Assembly (NCBI RefSeq): GCF_001194135.2
Contig: NC_068981.1
Location: 103,717,053 to 103,781,052 of the forward strand
Source of the DNA: Octopus bimaculoides
Taxonomy: Eukaryota
Direction: 5' to 3'
DNA length: 64,000 nucleotides
Shown: piece by piece, positions 1 through 13,757 of the stretch
Numbering within the stretch: the stretch's first letter is position 1
Layout: every line of letters begins with the position of its first letter
Made by a program: the position numbers and the translations under genes
The notes under the pieces: generated by a model
Told to the model about the DNA's origin: nothing
Database searches by the model: none
The model's input: only the letters and a program-made list of their open reading frames with translations

Positions 1-329
1 TTTCTTGCTTAAATATTATACAAACTGTCTAAGCCTATTCCGCGATATTATTGCAATTTCAACTGAGTAGGCGCAAAGAGAGGAATGTTAGTAGTTACTG
101 AAAAACTAAATAATAATACTGTGCTGTCCGACGTAAAATTAAAGTAATTAACTTATTGCAATGTGGTTTGATTGCTAAGACTTTATTCACCATTTATGGT
201 TGCTGGAGTCATTGCTCTTGAGAAAAGTAAGGCATTTGCTGCTTTGGTTTACCACCATTGAAAGACTTACAAAGAGCTGGTTATTCCTTCTCACTCTTGT
301 AACTGAAAGCCCAATGATCACCTAATTTT

Positions 330-760
330 GAAAATCTCACGAAAGAAATATTTTGAAGAGACAGTCCGTATGATTCTGTTAAGTTTGGCCGAAAACCCAG
401 TATATTTTTTGGAACCACCCAATATTCATACGTTAGGGTCTACAGCAGAAGTAAATATGAATGTAGACATTTTTTATGGACCGTCTTAAAAATTCTACAT
501 TGAAAATATGCAAAATGCTTTGAAACAGCAAGATTTAATAACGTTTTTAGGTATCAGAATATAATTTAATCACAACTAAAGGGTCGTACGTAATAGCTGA
601 ACACGATACAACCACTTTTCAAAAGAAAAACATTAGCATCATGAACTCTCTATCTTTCCTACTATACAAAATGAGTGCTACAAATACCTAGGAATTGACG
701 AAATACAAATGTATTGTGAACGAAGATTGAATAACCAAAAAGTATTGCACCGTTTTTTAT
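330..760 (+). pseudogene. Highly degenerate non-LTR reverse transcriptase remnant (R4/Dong-like)
   Basis: Manual translation gives ordered, frameshifted motif remnants: LSLAENP, FMDRLK (cf. YMDDLK) and IQNECYKYLGIDE (cf. YKYLG). The family assignment is weak. Confidence 0.3.
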
Positions 761-817
761 AAAAAGAAGTTTGCAGTCGGGAGTTTCTTGTTACGGGGAT
801 ACATTTACAGTGCTAGT

Positions 818-892
818 AATATTGGTTTCAAATTTTGGCACAAGGCCATCAATTTAAAGGGCGGAGTTAAACCGATTACATCGATTCCAGTG
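818..892 (-). mobile_element. SINE family A, 3' fragment
   Basis: Matches the 3' end of the family A copies (ggtttcaaattttggcacaaggcc...gattacatcga..ccagtg). Confidence 0.6.
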
Positions 893-893
893 T

Positions 894-3800
894 TTACACT
901 ATTTCCATGTGGACAACATTGTTGTTGTTGGCACTCCGTCGCTTACGACGTCGAGGGTTCCAGTTGATCCGATCAACGGAACAGCCTGCTCGTGAAATTA
1001 AAGTGCAAGTGGCTGAGCACTCCACAGACACGTGTACCCTTAACGTAGTTCTCGGGGATATTCAGCGTGACACAGTGTGACAAGGCTGACCCTTTGAATT
1101 ACAGGCACAACAGAAACAGGATGTAAGAGTGAGAGAAAGAGTACAGCAAGGTTCGCCACCATCCCCTGCCGGAGTCTCGTGGAGCTTTAGGTGTTTTCGC
1201 TCAATAAACACTCACAACGCCCGATCTTGGAATCGAAACCGCGATCCTATGACCGCGAGCCCGCTGCCCTAACCAGTGGGCCATTGCGCCTCCACTTCCA
1301 TGTGGACAACATTACGCATAAGTCTTCTCACATTTTCATTAGGACGTCTGCTTTTTCCTGATCTGGTAGATTCTTTTTGATCAGCAAATATTTTAAGATT
1401 CACTGGATCCCCTAAGAGCGACATGTAACTGGCCATGAGTAAATACGGGCGCAGACATGTAGATGCCGCACTTAGAAAGGCTTTGTCCTTGACTTTTGTT
1501 TATAGACATCGCGAAAGCAAGTCTCACTGGAATTTGGCGTCTTTTCAAAGTAAAGAGCAAATCGGTATCAGATGGTTGCATAATAATGCGGGGAATCAAA
1601 GTGTGCGTCCTGCATCAACAACAGTTATTTTACTTGCAGTGATCATGTTATCTAACACCGATAAGATTCTATAACGTGCGCCATTACAGTGCCCATTTCT
1701 CTGATCTAAGTTTCTTAGCAACATTATAGGAACACCCGTTTTTAATTTGATAATGTGAGGTGGCATGCCACTTATATTAAGAGAATTCAGAAATTTCAGG
1801 AGGATAGAGAGCAGATTGTTGATCTTCTGCCACGGAATCAATATTACTCGGAGTATATGTCTCACCTGGAAATTCCTGGATTATGTGGTTATTTAGATTG
1901 TCAATTTCTTCATTCTTTGTTGTTAATATTACTCGTGATGACAACCAGTGAGTATTGTTAAAATTAACCTCTAAATCTTCATAGACATGATTGATCAAAT
2001 CCTCCTTGTTGTTGACTTGAAATGACTGAAGAATCTCTATTACATCATCATATAATTGTCTTTGAACATTGGGAATTCTTCCAGCAACCAACTTGCAATA
2101 ACCAAACAGAATGATATGCCAGTCGAGCTTGAGAGGTGGTATCCTAATTGCTGAGAGAATTTTGCACTCTCATATTAGTGGGGAGATGAAGTACTTTGCA
2201 TTCGTGCCAAATTACAGATTTTTTCAAACATGCTCCAATTAGAGAATACCTTTATGCTCTTCGAACCTCTAGAAGAATTTGATGGAAATCACTACCTAAA
2301 ATTACCAATTTGCCGCCAAAGATCAAGTCGTTGTTCATTACATCCTTCAGTGGTCGATTCAGTGCTTCAAATAGAAAGCTATGACACATAGGTGCCTCGT
2401 CCCAAACAATCAAGCGTGCATCATGAAGCAAATGGACAATGACATCAAGGGAAGATATTTTGCATGTTGAATTACAGTTTACTGGTATGGGAAGCTTGAA
2501 TCGAGAGTGAGCAGTGCGACCTAGCTTCAATAGTGTCGCAGCAATGCCTGAAGGCGCCGTCGCAATAGCTAGTTGGTTGTTCTTTCGCACATAAGACAGT
2601 AATATATTAATAAGAAAAGTTTTGCCAGTACCCCTAGGTGCATCAATAAATATCAAACCACCTTCATTTCTACCAATTCTCTGTTGAATATTTTTTTAAA
2701 TGATTCTCTGGTCATTATTTAGCATATGGATGTTAGTATGGAAAAATTCTTCTGCATATGGATCTATCTCATCATCATGAAGTAGAACATTATTCATTCG
2801 GAGATCATGAATATCAGCAGGCAATCTAAAACATATTGTACTATGGTCATGCTGAACCATGCGATGATCCAATTCACATAGCATATCATTCAAGGCAATA
2901 TCCAAGGCTGCTTCATGAGAAAAATTGTGTTGTCTCATTTGATGAAAGTAATCTTCGCAAAGATCTTCGCGAAACATATTGATAATTTTAGTGGTCTGGA
3001 TGGAGAGTAAAACGGAAGAATACTGACAAACAAGTTTCGTAAATCATTCGCTGAACATATTGTTCTTACCTCGTTTAGACAAAGTTCCCATTCTTGATCA
3101 TTTTCTAATCGATTCATCATTTGACATGTGTGCTTAAAATTTTCGGAAACAACACTGTTAATTGTGATTAAATTTTCAAAGCTTGTCGCTCCCGCTTTAT
3201 GTTGAAGTAATAGTCTAAGATAGAATAGCTCCCCTTGCGATGGATGCACTGCGTACACTCTACCAAGAGCTTCTGGAACATCATCACTTTATCTAACTCT
3301 TCTCCCCTAATTTTTATTATTGTTACATCAAGTATAATGTTGTGGAAAGTCACAATAGAGGATATCTTTTGCTAGGGGATCTCCTTCATTCATCTTTAAA
3401 TATGCTGTCAATTTGGTCGATCTATTGTTTGCTAAAGCTTCTTGTACATGATTTGGATTAAACACTGTCATCTGTTGATCTGGCAAGTGTATCGGCAAGC
3501 ATTCAATATCAGGCTGCCTTTGTTGATGAATTGGAAGCTCAAATAATCTCCAGCAAGCCTCCGACGCTCCAGTATAGCGGCAATTTTCGTAATTCGAAAT
3601 TTCATCCATTTGATTTTCATTGCCGACATTATGACGCACGCTGTCTTCTTGTCTGTGTAAAGAAACTGTTGCATGGTCAACACCTTTGAAAATGTACTTG
3701 TAAAGATATTTCACAGCCTTAATAGATGCACACCATTCAAGATTAATATGCGCCTCGTACTTCTGCAACAACCACGCATTATAAGGAACTACATAACGGT

Positions 3801-5590
3801 TATCAGCAGCAATTTCTCTATTTCCAGTACGTGTTGAAGCTTTGAAGCTACCATCTCGAGGGTTTTGGTGACGATATTGTGGATAAGAATCATTTCCAAT
3901 TAAGGTTTGTGATCTTTAATCTTTTGGATATCTTTTACTGCAAACACCATTCACCATGCAGAGAGAATTTCAATTATCTTTTCCGCAGAGTCCATGTATC
4001 ATGTATTTCTTCACCAAGGAATAAAGAAGTGACGTTAATGGGTTTTCGGGATTAGGAAGTTCAACTGTGACAATTTTATCAATTTCTTGCCATGTGTTGT
4101 GATGATTTTGTATTATGAATAAGAAATGGCAATGAGTTAATCCTCTTTTTTGAAATTCCACTGTGTTCACAAGAGCAATAAGTTTCCCAAGGATTCCTGA
4201 TTTGATATCGTGAAATAGTTGCTGTTGCTTTGATTTAAATACTCTTGCAGTGATATCTGGTCGGTCCACCGCCGTCTGGCTCACAGAAATCTCGTTAACT
4301 ATTTCATGTCATTTTGGGTTGTATGTAAAAGTCAAAAATAAAGTAGGTTTGCCAAACTTTCTAACTATAGCCATTGCATTTTGATAGTGTTTTTGCCATA
4401 TATCGCGGACTTCCTGTAAATGAACTTGGCAATATATATCTACGACCTGTACGATCAGTATCATCTGCAAGTATAGCATCTTGTAAGCCATTATATAAAT
4501 CAGCTCTTAAGGTTGCTTGATTGTTACGAACATATCGTAGACGGGTGGATTGTACTTTGGCAAATGGATCTACACAGTATTGCTGAAACAAACGCTGACC
4601 TAAATGCAATATATCTGTAGATCCTGTTCTTTTCATGATGTTATAACAATAAAATTGAACTATTGAAATTTGATGGTTGCCATTTTCATTCATTAATCCA
4701 AGGTGTCACCCATCTAAGCCAGAAGGAAATAAAACACGGGTACATCATTGGGTCGTATGGTCGATGCGAGTCACTTAATATTTGTAAAGATTTTTTGTTA
4801 TTCTCTGCTCTGAATTTTGTTACGACCATTCGTTCCGAGCAGTTCGTTTCCTCACCAAAATTATTTTGTATGAGAATAGCAAGCTCATTAGAAGTTGGTA
4901 GATTATATCTCCTGGAGGGTTTCACATGAGCTTTTTTTATCTGCATAGAAGCCAACTGACACATCAGCAGGAATATTTCCAGTGTCAATTTGCTCCTGCA
5001 CGGATAGAAAAGATTGTAAGTATTTCCAGCAGATATCATAGCAGAATGAAATTTTCGAAATATGTTTACATCGAAGGCTTGGTTTGCATTGTTAATAGGC
5101 ATTCTTTTTGTTCGTCTTCATATTTGTTCTTCATGATCATAGAAATACGTTTCTAAGCTAGACGGGACTGTTCCTATTTGGTTTCTAGGATCTCCAATAA
5201 GCAATTCCATGTATTCTGTAATTCCTCTCAGTACTGAAGTGTCATCTACTTACATAGAACACATTACCATTGCGCTGTTGAACCTTCGAATATTACGTTT
5301 GAAATATTTTGCTTCAGGAGTATTAGAAAGAAAGAGATCGGCAAGTTCATTCGGTAACTCAGGGATATTTTCAATTTTTATCATTCCTGATTTACAGCAT
5401 ATACCAAAACTGGGATTGTTCATTGTTCCTCCTGTATGCTCTCCAATAAACATCAAAGCATTGCAGTGGTGGCAACGCACTTCCATAAGGCCGCAACAAT
5501 GGCGAGCAACGTCAACGGGAACCTGTAGAAGTCCATCTATATCATATTGTCGAGCTATATTAAGAGTCAGCCTATTATTGATTTGCTGAG
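894..5590 (-). pseudogene. Helitron Rep/PIF1-helicase gene, decayed (Helitron 1)
   Basis: Collinear minus-strand fragments: N-terminal CHHC...CC region; LFQQYCVD...ILPSSFTGSPRYM; KPTLFLTFTYNPK; HUH motif EFQKRGLTHCHF; KYLYKYIFKG; Walker A DAPRGTGKT; Walker B IVWDEAP; AFAMSINKSQGQSL; FTHGQL. The C-terminus reads NVVHMEIV* once the SINE at 921-1295 is removed. Many frameshifts and stops. Confidence 0.95.
921..1295 (-). mobile_element. tRNA-derived SINE (family D), full length, with 18-bp TSD
   Basis: Head GTGGAGGCGCAATGGCCCACTGG...GGTTTCGATTCC (A/B boxes) and a (CAA)n tail. Perfect TSD ttccatgtggacaacatt at 903-920 and 1296-1313. Confidence 0.9.
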
Positions 5591-5689
5591 ACTGATATAC
5601 TTATAGTGACGTTAACTTTTAGCTTGTCACCAACTTTGAGCAACTATACGAACGTGGAAGTATATTGCAACAAAATGTGATCTGGTAGG

Positions 5690-6340
5690 GTCTATTAGTA
5701 ACTCCACCACACCGAAACCACAAAATATCTCCAAGCTATACCATTCTGAGTGAGTTGAGAAGAAGTCAATTAGATTCTAGGTGGAGACCAGAAGGTCCAC
5801 TTGCAACGACTTTCGATAATGAGGAAAGGATAGACTCTGATAGCATGTTGTGGCTAACAGCAAAAGGATAAAGAGAGTGCGGAAAGGAAAAAGTGAACCG
5901 AAGCAAAGGGAATCGAATACGCCAAGGGAAGAGCCAACTTATCCCATCAGACAGTGAAAAATACTCGCGTATTCAGATCACAGTCAAGTTCCAGAGAGAT
6001 ATGATCGACAGCGTGGAGGAGGACCGTACAAACTGGTAAAAATTTGGAGACAAAAATAGCCAAAGCCGGGAGATTCTGCGATCTGAGAAGATGTATGTTG
6101 CTGAAGTATGTGTAGGTGAACTGTCCAGTTTGTGTTTCATGCTTTTATTTTACTTGTATGTTGCTACTGATTATTTTTATAGAACTTCACAATTATTCTC
6201 TATTTTTAATATCTTTATTGTATAGCGGTGACTCTACCCGTCTCTTCGTGCATCGTCACAAACTTTATAACCACAATGTACAACGTTTAATTTGTATGTA
6301 AAAACCCATGTGGTCAATAAAGGAATTTAAGTAGTAGTAG
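5690..6340 (+). mobile_element. Probable 3' end of an L1/Tx1-like LINE
   Basis: Degenerate reading frame resembling a Tx1 C-terminus (WLTAK...KG...QLI...W), ending in tcaataaagg followed by a (tag)n tail. Confidence 0.35.
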
Positions 6341-6891
6341 TTTGTATTAATAGACAAAAAAATGTCGGGAAAAGCGAGAGCTTGGATGAAATTTAAAATG
6401 AAAAGTGAAATATAAAATTAAGAAAATAAAGAAACAAATTACAGCTATAAACAAATAAAATCGTTCATCAAAATACTTCCAGCTTCTCATTCTTAGGGGA
6501 TTTCAATTTATTTTCGAAGAAATAACTTTCTAATGAAAAGATCTAATTACGTATCCTTAAGGCTTAAAGTGTTCAGCGTTGACTCACAGAACTTCTCTTT
6601 TAAGATTACTTTTTTTTTTTGTTTACCCCTTCATTTACCATTTATTTAAAATATAGTAATATTAAATCAACTCCAGTACCTCACTGGTGGCTTATTTTAT
6701 TGGTCCACTTCTCTGCAGGATGAAAAAGTTAACCTTGGCATGGCTTTGAACACAAAAACGCAGAAGGCAGTTTCTCCAGCGCTGTCGATTTTATCAATCC
6801 ACACTCACTAATACAAAAAAAAACGTATTCATACATACGCACAAGATCAGAGATGTAGGAAGAACTGCGGTGAATTATAGAAACCTCGTTG

Positions 6892-7030
6892 AAGGCGCAT
6901 GGCCTAGTGGTTAGGGTATTGCACTCACGATCGCGAGATCGTGGTTTCAATTCTTTGACCGGGTGCGTTGTGTTCTTGAGCAAAACACTTCATCTCGCGT
7001 TGCTCTACGATCACTTCGATACCTGCTGTG
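6892..7030 (+). mobile_element. tRNA-derived SINE head (family D-like) running into (TG)n
   Basis: gaaggcgcatggcctagtggttaggg...ggtttcaattc, then a CORE-like segment (gtgttcttgagcaaaacacttcatctc). Confidence 0.7.
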
Positions 7031-8610
7031 TGTGTGTGTGTGTGCGTGTGCGTGTGTGTGTGTGTGTGCGTGCGTGTGTGTGTACATATGTGTGTGTACA
7101 TATGTGTGTGTGTACATATATATATAATTTAGAGAAAAGAACTACAGTTCCTGAACTCATCCATGAGAATCCAGTCACATATAGAAAAAATTTAATAAGT
7201 AAATACACTAAAAAGAACTATAATAAANNNNNNNNNNNNNNNNNNNNNNNNNNNNNNNNNNNNNNNNNNNNNNNNNNNNNNNNNNNNNNNNNNNNNNNNN
7301 NNNNNNNNNNNNNNNNNNNNNNNNNNNNNNNNNNNNNNNNNNNNNNNNNNNNNNNNNNNNNNNNNNNNNNNNNNNNNNNNNNNNNNNNNNNNNNNNNNNN
7401 NNNNNNNNNNNNNNNNNNNNNNNNNNNNNNNNNNNNNNNNNNNNNNNNNNNNNNNNNNNNNNNNNNNNNNNNNNNNNNNNNNNNNNNNNNNNNNNNNNNN
7501 NNNNNNNNNNNNNNNNNNNNNNNNNNNNNNNNNNNNNNNNNNNNNNNNNNNNNNNNATATATATACATATGTATACATATCTATATGTACTTATATATAT
7601 TTACACATACATGTGTATGAGTCCATAAATTATGTTTACAATTTCCATACTTTTAAACTTTATATTGTAAAGAGATTTTATGGACATCCTCTATATATAT
7701 AATATACGTTCGTACAGGCATGTGTGTGTGTACTTTCTGATGCATTATTTTTTCTTTTGTTGTTGCAGAAACTGATTAGTTGAGGTAGCTGATCGATAAA
7801 GTAGTTAAATAAAAAAAATACAAAAAAAAAAAATAATAATGATTAACAATGGACCGAAAATTAACCAGATTGAAATGAATATACAAAACATTGTATCGTG
7901 GAAATCCTTGTAAATGTTATTATTTTTTTTATTTTCTGTTATTACTTCACATTTTTATATTTTTATTTATTTATTTATTTATTCAGATAATCATAGATAT
8001 TACCTTACACATAAATTCTCGCTCATCATTAAGATTTTTAAATATTGATTAGCCAGAAACTTAGTTTGTATATCATCCTTACATACATGGAAATTATAAA
8101 GAGAAGACTTTGAGAGTATTGGTTCTCTTAATAGAAGTTGCTATTTTTCTTCAACCTCACATCAATCGAAACTGATTAAGCTTAAAGCGAAGGACAGTCC
8201 AGTCGTGATAATCCCACTTTCTGATAAGACTATATTATCCAATGTGACCTCCCCTTCTTTTTAAGCCGGTATAATGTGATTTGGGGAAGATTTGGCTGTT
8301 TTTCTAGCAGTTTGAGAGACTACGTAGCGGCTTTATTAGCCTATTTCCTACCATATTATGTTGTTCTTGTTTAGCTCCAGATCAAACTTGACAGTAGTGA
8401 CATGTAGTCAAAGTCGTTTCAGTCGTGACTATCCCGGCTTTTATGTATATCAGAGACTAAATTAGCCAATATATCTTCCATAACATTTTTCAAAGGTAGT
8501 CAGTTGATAAGTATTGCACCGCACAGCTACATTGCTTTACAGTTATCGCAATAAAACAACAGTAAAATACTCGATAATGAATAAAGAAAGAATGAAAGAA
8601 AAAATTAATG

Positions 8611-9048
8611 TTACACAGTCAAACTGGTTCATAATAGGAAAATACTTTTTTGGCATAATTAAAACATATTTTAAAGTGAAAATGACTTTAAAAATACGGT
8701 GAATATTTGGTAAAAGACCCCTTCGGAACCTCGGTGTGAAATAATTTTTTCCATAGGTTTTTTCGAGTCTATTCAACGTATCTCACCTCCAAAAATTTCG
8801 CTGCTATTTCTAGTTCGCCCTGCTATTTGCGATAAAGGACCCGAAATACCTGTTACGTGGTAGCAGGGCGGGCAAGAAATAGTAGCCAAATATTTTCTGA
8901 GGAAAGGAGCCGCTTACACGTGATTTCGATGTCACATTCATTGAAAGCATGCGAAATAACCTGGAAAAGAAAAAAAAACACGAAACAAAACTCCGGTACT
9001 GGGAAACTCAGACTTTCCCAGTGACCCAACGGGTCACGGGTAGTCTAG
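8611..9048 (+). mobile_element. Non-autonomous Helitron, 3' part (copy 1 of a tandem pair)
   Basis: Ends with hairpins actgggaaa/tttcccagt (8998-9022) and gtgaccc/gggtcac (9021-9037), then CTAG (9045-9048) followed by T. The body is homologous to 9090-9470. Confidence 0.8.
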
Positions 9049-9470
9049 TATACTATTAAAAATGAAATTCAATCTTGCTTGCTTGCAATACTACACAGCC
9101 AAACTGGTGCATAATGGGAAAATACTTTGAAAGTAAAGTGCCCCTGAAATGTGAATACGAATGAAATAAAACAAGTTTCGCATAAATCGGACCAGTAGTT
9201 ATTGAGATATTCGGGGTTTGGGGGGTATAAATACCTAAAACAGTGCATAATGGGAAAATACTCCGAAAATAACTTCACCCGAAAAGGGAAGAAACTCTAA
9301 CCTTTCCATTAGGCACATTATGATAGACAAAATATTTAAAAGTGAAAATGACTTTAAAAATACAGTAAATATTTCGCAAAATACCCGTTCGTAACCTCGG
9401 TGTGAAATAGTCTTTTTCCATAGGTTTCTTTCAAGTGCATTCAACGTGTCCCACCTCCAAATATTTGACT
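9049..9470 (+). mobile_element. Non-autonomous Helitron, 5' part (copy 2 of a tandem pair)
   Basis: Starts tatactattaaaaatgaaatt...cttgcttgcttg, a Helitron-like 5' end. Shares aaagtgaaaatgactttaaaaatac...aacctcggtgtgaaata with copy 1. Confidence 0.7.
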
Positions 9471-9786
9471 TGGGTCATGGGTAATCTAATCAATAAAATA
9501 ACAATGTGAATGACATTTATTATGTCTATTCAGATATATAATGACACTAGCTGTAATATTTGTCATACAACAACTTCCCACAGAAATTTGCGTATTAAAA
9601 AACACAGCGGTTTGCTTAGAATGTTATCATCAATGTTTCGGCCCCAGGTAGATTTGGTCACCCGCGGACATTCTGAGCTATGCCGGAAAACATTTCTGAT
9701 ATAGAAATCAGTAAAGAAAACATTCAAAACTTATTCTACTTCGTTTCTGTATCCGGTTTGCAAGATTCTTTATATGAGTTCGTATA

Positions 9787-10074
9787 GTATGTAAGTTTAA
9801 CCCCAATATTAGTTGTAAAACTAGGAACGTAATCTATAGTATAAGAGGCATGGAAGAAGTTTGTAAGTACAGAAACACAGAATACATTGAGGAAATCTCT
9901 AGGAGTATAGCAGAGAGGCTAAACGTGCACTGGATAGATTATAATGAAAAGAAACACTCTAGCGACATACCAAAGACCAACATGGTAGCACACTGGGCCG
10001 AATTGACATTCGCATTTTGTCCAAATACCCAAAGGATCCATCACTTAGACAAATACGAGTGTTCGCCTTCATAA
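9787..10074 (+). pseudogene. Penelope-like element GIY-YIG endonuclease remnant
   Basis: In-frame NISCKTRNVIYSI...TEYIEEISRSIAERLNVH matches the PLE pattern SCxTxNVIY...YIGETxRxxxxRxxEH. Confidence 0.6.
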
Positions 10075-12015
10075 ATAAAACATTATCCATACTAAATAGG
10101 AAATACACGTAATGCCACAGATATCCCCCACTCAGCCTACATACATGGGTACATTCGTAAGTAGGCAGTCAAATAGGTAAATAGGTAGATAGATAAGTAG
10201 ATAGGTTTTAGGTGGTTAGATCAGTTATATAGATTGTTAGTAATATAAATTGTTAGTCTGCTCGTGAAATTAACGTACAAGTGGTTGAGCACTCCACAAG
10301 CACGTATACACTTAAGGTAGTTCTTAGTGAAGCAGCACGAGCTGTAACGTGATGTCGCAGAGAAACTTCTCAAGACGACATGTTTCTCTATAGCTGTTTC
10401 AAGCGTGTTCATTAATTGTTGATCAAGCAATTTCATAATGTCAGTAATGTATTTCTGAAAGGCGTGGGCGATACAGCCTTCATCATCTGTCTGCGCCTGA
10501 ATATAAAGCTAACCAAAAGACGTTAACCAAAAGTGGTTAAGATATATCATAAAATGTTTGCTTATGTACACGTAATATCGTCCATGATAATGATGATATA
10601 TGAATTGTTAATCGTTCAACAGGCAGTCCAGTATTCAATCGATTTGACAAGCAGGCAAGTTTTTATTGCATGTATATTTATATATATTTGTCGATCGAAA
10701 TGTAGTAAAAAGCAAAAGGCGAAAAGAGAAAATAATTATCTGAATAATGCTTATATCAATTTATTAACTACTCAAACCCACAAACAACACCAAAACAAAA
10801 ACACCTATAATTTTTACTGAAAGAGAACTAAATACAAACAACTTATCGAACAATTTGAGATTCTATTAACAATAGTCCTGTTTTTCTGTTGTTTTATCTT
10901 TTTTCTTTTTGCTTTGATAGAAAATAATGTAGATCCATAAAGAGGTTGATGGAAGCAATGGAATATAATGAAATAATTGTTTCATTAATATATTCAGTCT
11001 AATATTACTAGTATTTTATCAAAGCAAATCAAAAACAGAACAAAATATAAAAATAACGTTAAAAGCAAGCTTCGGTATCAATATCCAATCAACATCTATC
11101 TAAACAAAACGATCGTTGAATCAATATAACAAAAGCAATACTCAAATAAACAAATGTATGATTGAATGAACGAACTAACGAATGAACGAATGTATGAATA
11201 AATGAATGATGAATAAACGAACTAGTGACAAGCGTAAAGAAGTTAAAACAATGAAAAGAGAAGTGATTTGTATCAAGCTCGATTTATAATTATGTAAATT
11301 AAACAGAGAAACCTCAACCAGAGGTTTGACCCTGTAGTATATCAATGAGCTTAATATGTAAAGGACATGTTGTTGTCATAGAAACCTTTCAATACAAACA
11401 TACATAAACAAACACTACACCAATCAAACCAACAGAATATTAACAATGCAGAACGAAACTAGAAAAAGATGTGGGAAGAAAACAATGGATGAACCTAATC
11501 AATGTTAAAGTGAAAACTAAAACAAAACTGGAACAATATCGTAGAAAGTGGGTGTAAAGAAAAACTAGATGAGAATATAACGGAATTTATCAAATTGTTA
11601 ACTGTGTTTTAAACAACAGATATATTAACAATACATATAGGAAATTTTCAAATAAAAACAAGGGTAAAAGGTACGCAAAAGAGATGAAACAAACAAAAAC
11701 AATCAGAAGTAGATTCAGAAAAATATATGAAGATATATTAAAAACGTACAAGAAGAAAAAGAAAGCGTATACGCGAGATCAAATATCTCCACGATAAAAC
11801 GGCGGAATTTAAAAATAAATGGTTGAATAAAGTAAAACACGAAAAAGAAAATAAATTGGAAAGAGTCCAAAGCCAACTGTTTAAAATAATCTAAGAGAAA
11901 AGAGAGTATTTTAGAAAATTATCAAGGCAAAAGTTGAAATGCAAAGAGAAAATATATAAATAATGAATAAAGAAAATTCAAAGAAATGGAGAGCGTACAG
12001 AGAAATAGAGTGTTT

Positions 12016-12048
<33 letters not shown>

Positions 12049-12635
12049 NNNNNNNNNNNNNNNNNNNNNNNNNNNNNNNNNNNNNNNNNNNNNNNNNNNN
12101 NNNNNNNNNNNNNNNNNNNNNNNNNNNNNNNNNNNNNNNNNNNNNNNNNNNNNNNNNNNNNNNNNNNNNNNNNNNNNNNNNNNNNNNNNNNNNNNNNNNN
12201 NNNNNNNNNNNNNNNNNNNNNNNNNNNNNNNNNNNNNNNNNNNNNNNNNNNNNNNNNNNNNNNNNNNNNNNNNNNNNNNNNNNNNNNNNNNNNNNNNNNN
12301 NNNNNNNNNNNNNNNNNNNNNNNNNNNNNNNNNNNNNNNNNNNNNNNNNNNNNNNNNNNNNNNNNNNNNNNNNNNNNNNNNNNNNNNNNNNNNNNNNNNN
12401 NNNNNNNNNNNNNNNNNNNNNNNNNNNNNNNNNNNNNNNNNNNNNNNNNNNNNNNNNNNNNNNNNNNNNNNNNNNNNNNNNNNNNNNNNNNNNNNNNNNN
12501 NNNNNNNNNNNNNNNNNNNNNNNNNNNNNNNNNNNNNNNNNNNNNNNNNNNNNNNNNNNNNNNNNNNNNNNNNNNNNNNNNNNNNNNNNNNNNNNNNNNN
12601 NNNNNNNNNNNNNNNNNNNNNNNNNNNNNNNNNNN

Positions 12636-12660
12636 NGTGGTGGTGGTGGTGGTGGCAGAG

Positions 12661-12692
<32 letters not shown>

Positions 12693-12709
12693 GGTGGTGG
12701 TGGTTTTTA

Positions 12710-12770
<61 letters not shown>

Positions 12771-12860
12771 GGTGGTGGTGGTAACAGCAGCAGTAACAGT
12801 GGCAGTAACAGTACCGCTGCCACCACCACCACCACCACCACCAGTAGCAGAAGCAGCAGC
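12636..12860. repeat. Compound (GTG/GTA/GCA)n trinucleotide microsatellite next to an N-gap
   Basis: Seen directly. An (AG)n tract lies on the other side of the gap (about 12023-12048). Confidence 0.95.
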
Positions 12861-13294
12861 CAGAATTACATACCTTCTAGCTAGAAACTAAAACCCAATT
12901 CAATATAGTTTATTGTTATGGAATATAAAAAGTGATCGATAAAATAGACCTATCACATATTCTGCTTCGTTGACGTAAACATACGATATGAAACATCATA
13001 TTAAATTGTACGAGTTTATGAGACATTCAGTTGCATCGTGTACGTGGAAAATATAAAACGGTGAAATATTGATATCGAACACATTGGCACCAGACCATAA
13101 ATGTGAGGGAAGAGAACGATCTATTAAATCGAACTCAATACTTGACTAGTACTTGTTTTATCGAACCCCACTGCCCCCTTGGATGAAAGACTAAGTTAAC
13201 TTCAGGCAGTATTTGAGCTCAGAACGTAAATAAGGTTTGCTAAATACTTCTCTACCTTTTCTGGCACCCACCAACCATTTAAGCCCAGATGATA

Positions 13295-13510
13295 AATATT
13301 GATTTTAAATTTTTGGTACAAGGCCAGCAAGTTAGTGGGGAGGGTTTAGGTTTAAGTCGATTACATCGACCCCAATGCTCAACTGGTACTCATGTTTTCG
13401 ACCCCGAAAGGATGAAAGGCAATAGTAAACCTTGGCAGAATTTAAACTCAGAACTTAATGCCACCGTTATGCATTTTGCCCGGCGCGGTAACGATTCTAC
13501 CAGCTCGCCG
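13295..13510 (-). mobile_element. SINE family A
   Basis: Reverse complement of ggcgagctggcagaatcgtt...gttctgagttcaaatt...tttgcctttcatcctttcggggtcga...agtaccagttgagc. Further minus copies at about 13070-13255, 15596-15810, 16750-16935, 16960-17235 and 23850-24018. Confidence 0.8.
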
Positions 13511-13757
13511 ACTTTAGGTAGTAGATATTAAAGAATGACATTAGTTCGAAAAAACAAAAAAACAATAGTTACAAAGATGTACATGCATAGCAAGTGTTTT
13601 GATTAGAGGTCGTGTGCTGAAACTAAAGCGATTGCAACGTAGAAGCACACAAAGATCATTAACTTGATTTAAACATTTATTTGTTATATAGTGTCAAAAT
13701 TTTCATCACTCGAGACTGCAGCCCGGTCACTGATAAAAAAGAAATTCTCGCACCGTA

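Noticed and set aside
6889-7620. Long listed ORFs that cross N-gaps (also 11963-12891, 35887-36460, 50930-51416, 53169-53701)
   Set aside because: Their length comes from N runs and microsatellites, so there is no coding evidence.
11300-11900. A-rich stretch resembling a LINE C-terminus
   Set aside because: It is low complexity with no diagnostic motif.
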